A stretch of DNA of 64,000 nt from positions 27,094,001-27,158,000 of the forward strand of contig OZ076415.1 in assembly GCA_964187785.1 (NCBI GenBank), in the 5' to 3' direction. Each line of letters starts with the position of its first letter. Positions within the stretch are counted from its first letter, which is position 1. Below the pieces are notes generated by a model. It did not search any database and was not told where the DNA came from. It was given only the letters and a program-made list of their open reading frames with translations. The position numbers were made by a program, and so were the translations under genes. This document shows positions 60,547-64,000 of the stretch, in pieces. Source of the DNA: Amphiscolops sp. MND2022. Taxonomy: Eukaryota.

Positions 60547-60728
60547 TTTTTCATTCGCCGCTTTTTGTTGACTCTTACAGAAGCTTTTTGCCAGACCTTA
60601 CACTCCTCACTGAATGGTCCACTTTTTGAACGGAGTTTGTCATGCCATTTAATTTCATAAAAGCTATGCCGAGCATATGACAGATTTGAGCCTTAAGTGA
60701 GCGCCCACTTGAGACGTTCTCGTCTCAT
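60547..60728 (+). mobile_element. Short degenerate family A element
   Basis: GACTCTTACAG, TGAATGGTCCACTTTT, GAGCCTTAAG..GCGCCCACTT plus GAGACG-TTCT-CGTCTC. Confidence 0.6.
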
Positions 60729-61556
60729 TATTTCTCATCCTGATTTCAGTTCAATATCTAGCTCAGCCAATATCAGTCCGTTTACTTTGGCGAGTAAACC
60801 AAAGAAAATCGTACGGCGATAACTCTTATTTGGAAATTAAATCAGAACCAGTTTACATAATTTATTCCAAATTCAGTAGTGTGATTGAGAAATCATCCCC
60901 CTATGCGCTGAGCGTCGTTATCAACCATTTAAAATTGCTTGTTTGCTCTCATTTTTAATTTTGGTTAGTGCATCGAGTGAAATCTCAGCCGGTGAAAGAA
61001 CCCTTCAGATATTTTCCGAATTTTGAGTAGATTTTTCAAATAAAATCGTTTCATCGGATTCTGCAGATTGTCTTGAATTCCTTGATATATTTTTGCCAGA
61101 AACATTCTAAATGAAATGATAATCGCAGTTTTTCACCGCGAAAACCTAATTTATTCTCTTGATACATGTAAATCGAAGAAAATTTACCTTTGGAGCTTGA
61201 TATTCCGAAAAGGGCTGATCATTTTGAAAATCAAAACATATCCATTAGTAGATTTGAGCGGGTTATTGGGGTACAAACGTTTCTGAAAACCTTCTATGTA
61301 AAACAGACAAAATAGGTCCAATTTTGCTCAAAGTCATCTATTTGAAACTTTCGAAATTTTTGTCTCGGAAAATTTCAAAAAATACTAATGTAAACCAGCT
61401 GAAATTTTTAAAAAACCTAATTTTTAAGTTTAAATAAACTCTAATTTTTAGGAGACGCGAAGCCTAATGGCCATTCGATTTTCAGAGGCAAATTTCACTT
61501 TTCTGTGTGGAAAGTGACAGAACCATTCGAGCTACTGGCATCATGCATATATTTTT

Positions 61557-63396
61557 GAGGCTTCGAGCGAGCGACGAAGTCTCTATTGTTCCGCGTTTAC
61601 TAGCGTTTTGGTTTTTTTTCGCGTGACATACCCTCTGCATTTGTATTAATTGAAGGCTATTTTCTCAGAGCCTATTTTTCCGCGACCATCCAAACTTTCC
61701 AAAAAGAAACGCAACTTGATGCTCTTTCTAACCGTGTAAAAACTTTCCGAAAATTTTCCACCGGCGCGATTTTATTAGCTTCGAAAGCGCGAAATTTTCG
61801 AAAATTTTTAGGGTTTTTGTCGATTTTGCTATTTTTCTTTTCGCAAACCACAGCGAATTGGCCCGATGTAGGTACTAACCGACGTAAAACGATGTTTTCT
61901 TTAATTTGGTGAATGTTTTTTTATCCTAGAATTATTGGGCTTTGCGAAAATGACCATTAAAAATAGGGAAAATTTTCGGTTTTTTTGCGTAAAAAATTTC
62001 TCAACCTATTTTCAAGTAGCAATCAGTTCTAATCCAAGCAGTGGTGTTTCTACTCGATGACAGGTCTGCTTAGCTGCCCAAAGTTAGAAATTGGAAAGTC
62101 ACAACGTTTACGTCGGACAGATAGAGACAAAAAAGTTTTCAAATTTTTTGAATTTTTGATAAATTGCTCTCTTTATTCAATTTTGTAAAAGTTTTGGCCT
62201 ATTTTCTCGGAGCCTAATACTTCGAGACCATCCAAAAACTCAACAAATTGTTGGAACTGAATTTGTTGGTGAAGATTTAAATGTTGTTGGATTTTCGGGC
62301 AGTGAGAAAATAGCGATTCAATATCGAAAATTTTTTTGGAACATAATTTTTTTCGAAAATTTTGGAGCTTTCACTAATTTTGCTCATTTCTACATTACAA
62401 ACAACGTCGACCCGGCATAAAATACGTCCTATCCGACTTCTTTCACATGTTTAAAGTTTCAATGTGCTACATTTTTTGGTGGTTGAGAAAATGGCGATTG
62501 AAATTCTGAAAATTTACGTTTTTTCCCAATTTTTTCCAAGCTTTTTTCTGTTAATAGTTCTGTTCATTTTTGATTTTTTGGCCGTTTTCTCACAAGGGAT
62601 TGCTTCAAGACGATTCGAAAAACAGCAATATTTTGTTCTTTAGCAGTTTTTCCAGAAATTTTTGGCCGGTGCGTATTTATAACGAAATACGAAAACCGTA
62701 AATTTTTATTTTTTTTGCAGACTTTGCTCCTTTCCTGTAATCAAACCACTTGGAACCGCGGCAGTGTAGGAACTGACCGTCATTCAGGACTGTGATATTA
62801 GCCTGGATAAAAGAATTCATTGATACGCGAATTTGCCGTCGAAAAAACTGCGATTGAAAATTCTTCCGGAAATAGTTTATGAGCCGATTTTTACTAGTTA
62901 TCGGTTCAATGGGATCTCATATCATTTCCGCTCAAACCATATAGTCCTAAGACTGTAGGCGAAAATCTCGAAGCAATTAGATGCATGCGGAAAGTACTCG
63001 AATAGACGAGATAAATGCGCTGTGGAACGTCTTTTTACGCAAATTTGGGTTTTTTCTCGAACAATTAAACTTCATACATTAAAGGTCGTTCGTGGTGCGG
63101 GCCTTCTGATTCTTTTCGAGTAATACTCGGATCGCAATCAGTAAAACGAGAAAACCACCCACAGGTCGTTAAAGGTGCGGGCCTACTATTCTGTGAGGAA
63201 TAGTGAAACGAGAAAACTGGTTTATGAGCACATTTCAATTTCATTGTATTTTGAGCATTCTCGTGCCGTATATAACCTTAGCTATTCGTCATAGCTAATA
63301 ACTTGGTAATATGGTTCAAATGCACATGATGATAGTCAATTATGGCTGCGGGACCTGTCGCTCGAAGCCGTGCGCAAATTCCTTTGCGCCTATGTT
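61557..63396 (+). mobile_element. Helentron/DINE-1-like element, family C, copy 2 (extra ~725 bp at 62527-63250)
   Basis: Near-identical to 47097-48266 in both parts; same subTIRs (3' 63358-69) and hairpin (63372-89). Confidence 0.88.
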
Positions 63397-64000
63397 TTTT
63401 CATGGTGCTCCCACCGGGCCTTCTGGTGGTACAACTTTCATCCGGCTAACGTCGCTCCTCGGTGTGAGTCTTGACAGAAAATGTTCCTTGATCAAAGGTG
63501 ACATTTTTGCCTATTTGGTTTTCAAAGGGCTATATCTTCGAGTATTTGTGATGCAGTAAAAGTTCTTCTGAAAGATGCCCGAGGTACTTGTCCATGATCT
63601 AATGCTCGAGTGTTCAACAAGAACAGACTCCATCATAGTCCTATTTTGTGAGAAAATTTGGTTGAGTTGGAAATGCCATTTCCCCGCCAGTTGGCTACTA
63701 ATATCTCCCGAACTATTGGAGGTTCTGCCATTATAGGTAAGTAATTTTTTATGGTGCACTCTTGGAGCCTTTTCGTGGAAATACTTTCATCTCCGGCGAG
63801 TTTCGTGGGCGATTTTTTTAGCCTTTTTTGTTCTATGATGATTATTATATTTTCGAGACTATTTGCGAATTCTTTATTTATATTCTGAATATATTTGGTG
63901 TCAAAGAAGTATTCTTCACGAGCCTTGCCAGTCTCTTTCTGAGTGGTCCACTTCTTGTGCATTTTTTTTACCATAACTACACAGTACTTGATTTTGAACG

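Noticed and set aside
63084-63110. CGTGGTGCGGGCC resembling the pistol ribozyme 5' segment
   Set aside because: The P1 partner strand and pseudoknot complement are absent.

Overview
AT-rich eukaryotic (metazoan-like) genomic window with spliceosomal introns. The first ~22 kb is almost all decayed transposable elements: a Ty3/gypsy LTR element, a hAT-like transposase, a CR1/L2-type LINE with a PHD ORF1, three same-strand CRE-like RLE non-LTR elements, and Mutator-like/foldback MITEs. The remainder holds five intron-containing genes whose exons I could join into open frames: ARL5, GOT2, THOC1 and an SLC25A51-like carrier on +, and a calcyphosin-like EF-hand gene nested antisense in THOC1 intron 3. 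Introns are filled with non-autonomous elements showing Helentron/DINE-1-like architecture (subterminal inverted repeats, 3' stem-loop, TT insertion, no TSD), several carrying tRNA-derived cassettes. Best leads: (1) a C/D-box (snoRNA-like) module downstream of the ORFs of two diverged CRE-like families; (2) a 180-bp structured core shared by two foldback MITEs with unrelated arms, part of which recurs in a third MITE family; (3) a duplicated ARL5 promoter and exon 1 with a G2A change; (4) two unrelated Helentron-type families with the same architecture, one showing compensatory stem changes. All coordinates and counts were done by eye; no database searches were run.
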